Source of the DNA: Octopus sinensis
Lineage: Eukaryota
Assembly: GCF_006345805.1 (NCBI RefSeq)
Contig: NC_042998.1
Span: 52,452,001 to 52,516,000, forward strand
Direction of reading: 5' to 3'
DNA: 64,000 nt
Shown here one piece after another: positions 63,600-64,000 of this stretch (position 1 is its first letter; every line of letters starts with the position of its first letter). The notes beneath the pieces are model-generated. The model had not been told where the DNA came from. It was given only the letters and a program-made list of their open reading frames with translations, and searched no databases. A program made the position numbers and the translations under genes.

Positions 63600-64000
63600 T
63601 CCTGGTCTGGTTATGTTCAATATAAAATAACTTTTTTTGCCTAAGTTTTAGCACCATCTTCTTTGAAATAGCTACCTTGCACAGCAATACACTGGTCCCA
63701 GTTTCCTGGCACTTTGGGAATTTGGCCTAGAAGTTGTTTTCCATAAAAAAGTCAAGGATGTTCTGGGATTTTCTCTGGATCTTAACAATGGTTTTTGTGG
63801 GATGATGTCAGCAGCTGGGCAGCTGACCAGAACTTGGGAGCTGGCTGGAAGAGGAAGGGTGCAGGAGTGACGCGTGCACAGGCAGGGGAAGATGGGGCCT
63901 TTTCGATTGGGGTAGCTGAGAGTGCTGGACATGTGAGCGCTTCGACAAGGTGAGGGAAAAGCAGCTGCTATTTTTAGCGTTCAGGTTAGGCCACGTAGAA
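63600..64000 (-). mobile_element. Interspersed repeat, probable LINE 5' region, runs off the window end
   Basis: 63830-64000 is homologous to 29240-29420. Both translate PLP.SS...PAAD(I/V)IP. Confidence 0.55.

Overview
AT-rich, repeat-dense animal genomic DNA. The microsatellite load and the SINE/LINE repertoire resemble a cephalopod, probably Octopus (inference from pattern recognition, not a database search). There is no long intact ORF and no rRNA, tRNA or CRISPR array. Most ORF-track entries are translations of microsatellites. The window holds four tRNA-headed SINE families (labelled A-D here), RTE LINE fragments, an R4/Dong-like 3' end, Penelope-like element (PLE) fragments, non-autonomous Helitrons, and mariner/Tc1, hAT and piggyBac-type MITEs, several of them nested. 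Short minus-strand segments with good splice signals and compatible phases suggest an unidentified long-intron gene. The main finds are ribozyme-related. (1) A 360-nt tandem unit at 45381-45995 carries a minimal type I hammerhead with the compensatory U3-A8 core, preceded by a 190-bp near-perfect inverted arm (retrozyme-like). (2) A canonical hammerhead at 44253-44350 lies downstream of a PLE GIY-YIG tail. (3) Several unrelated microsatellite-flanked fold-back elements share one architecture. Repeat boundaries are approximate and were read by eye.
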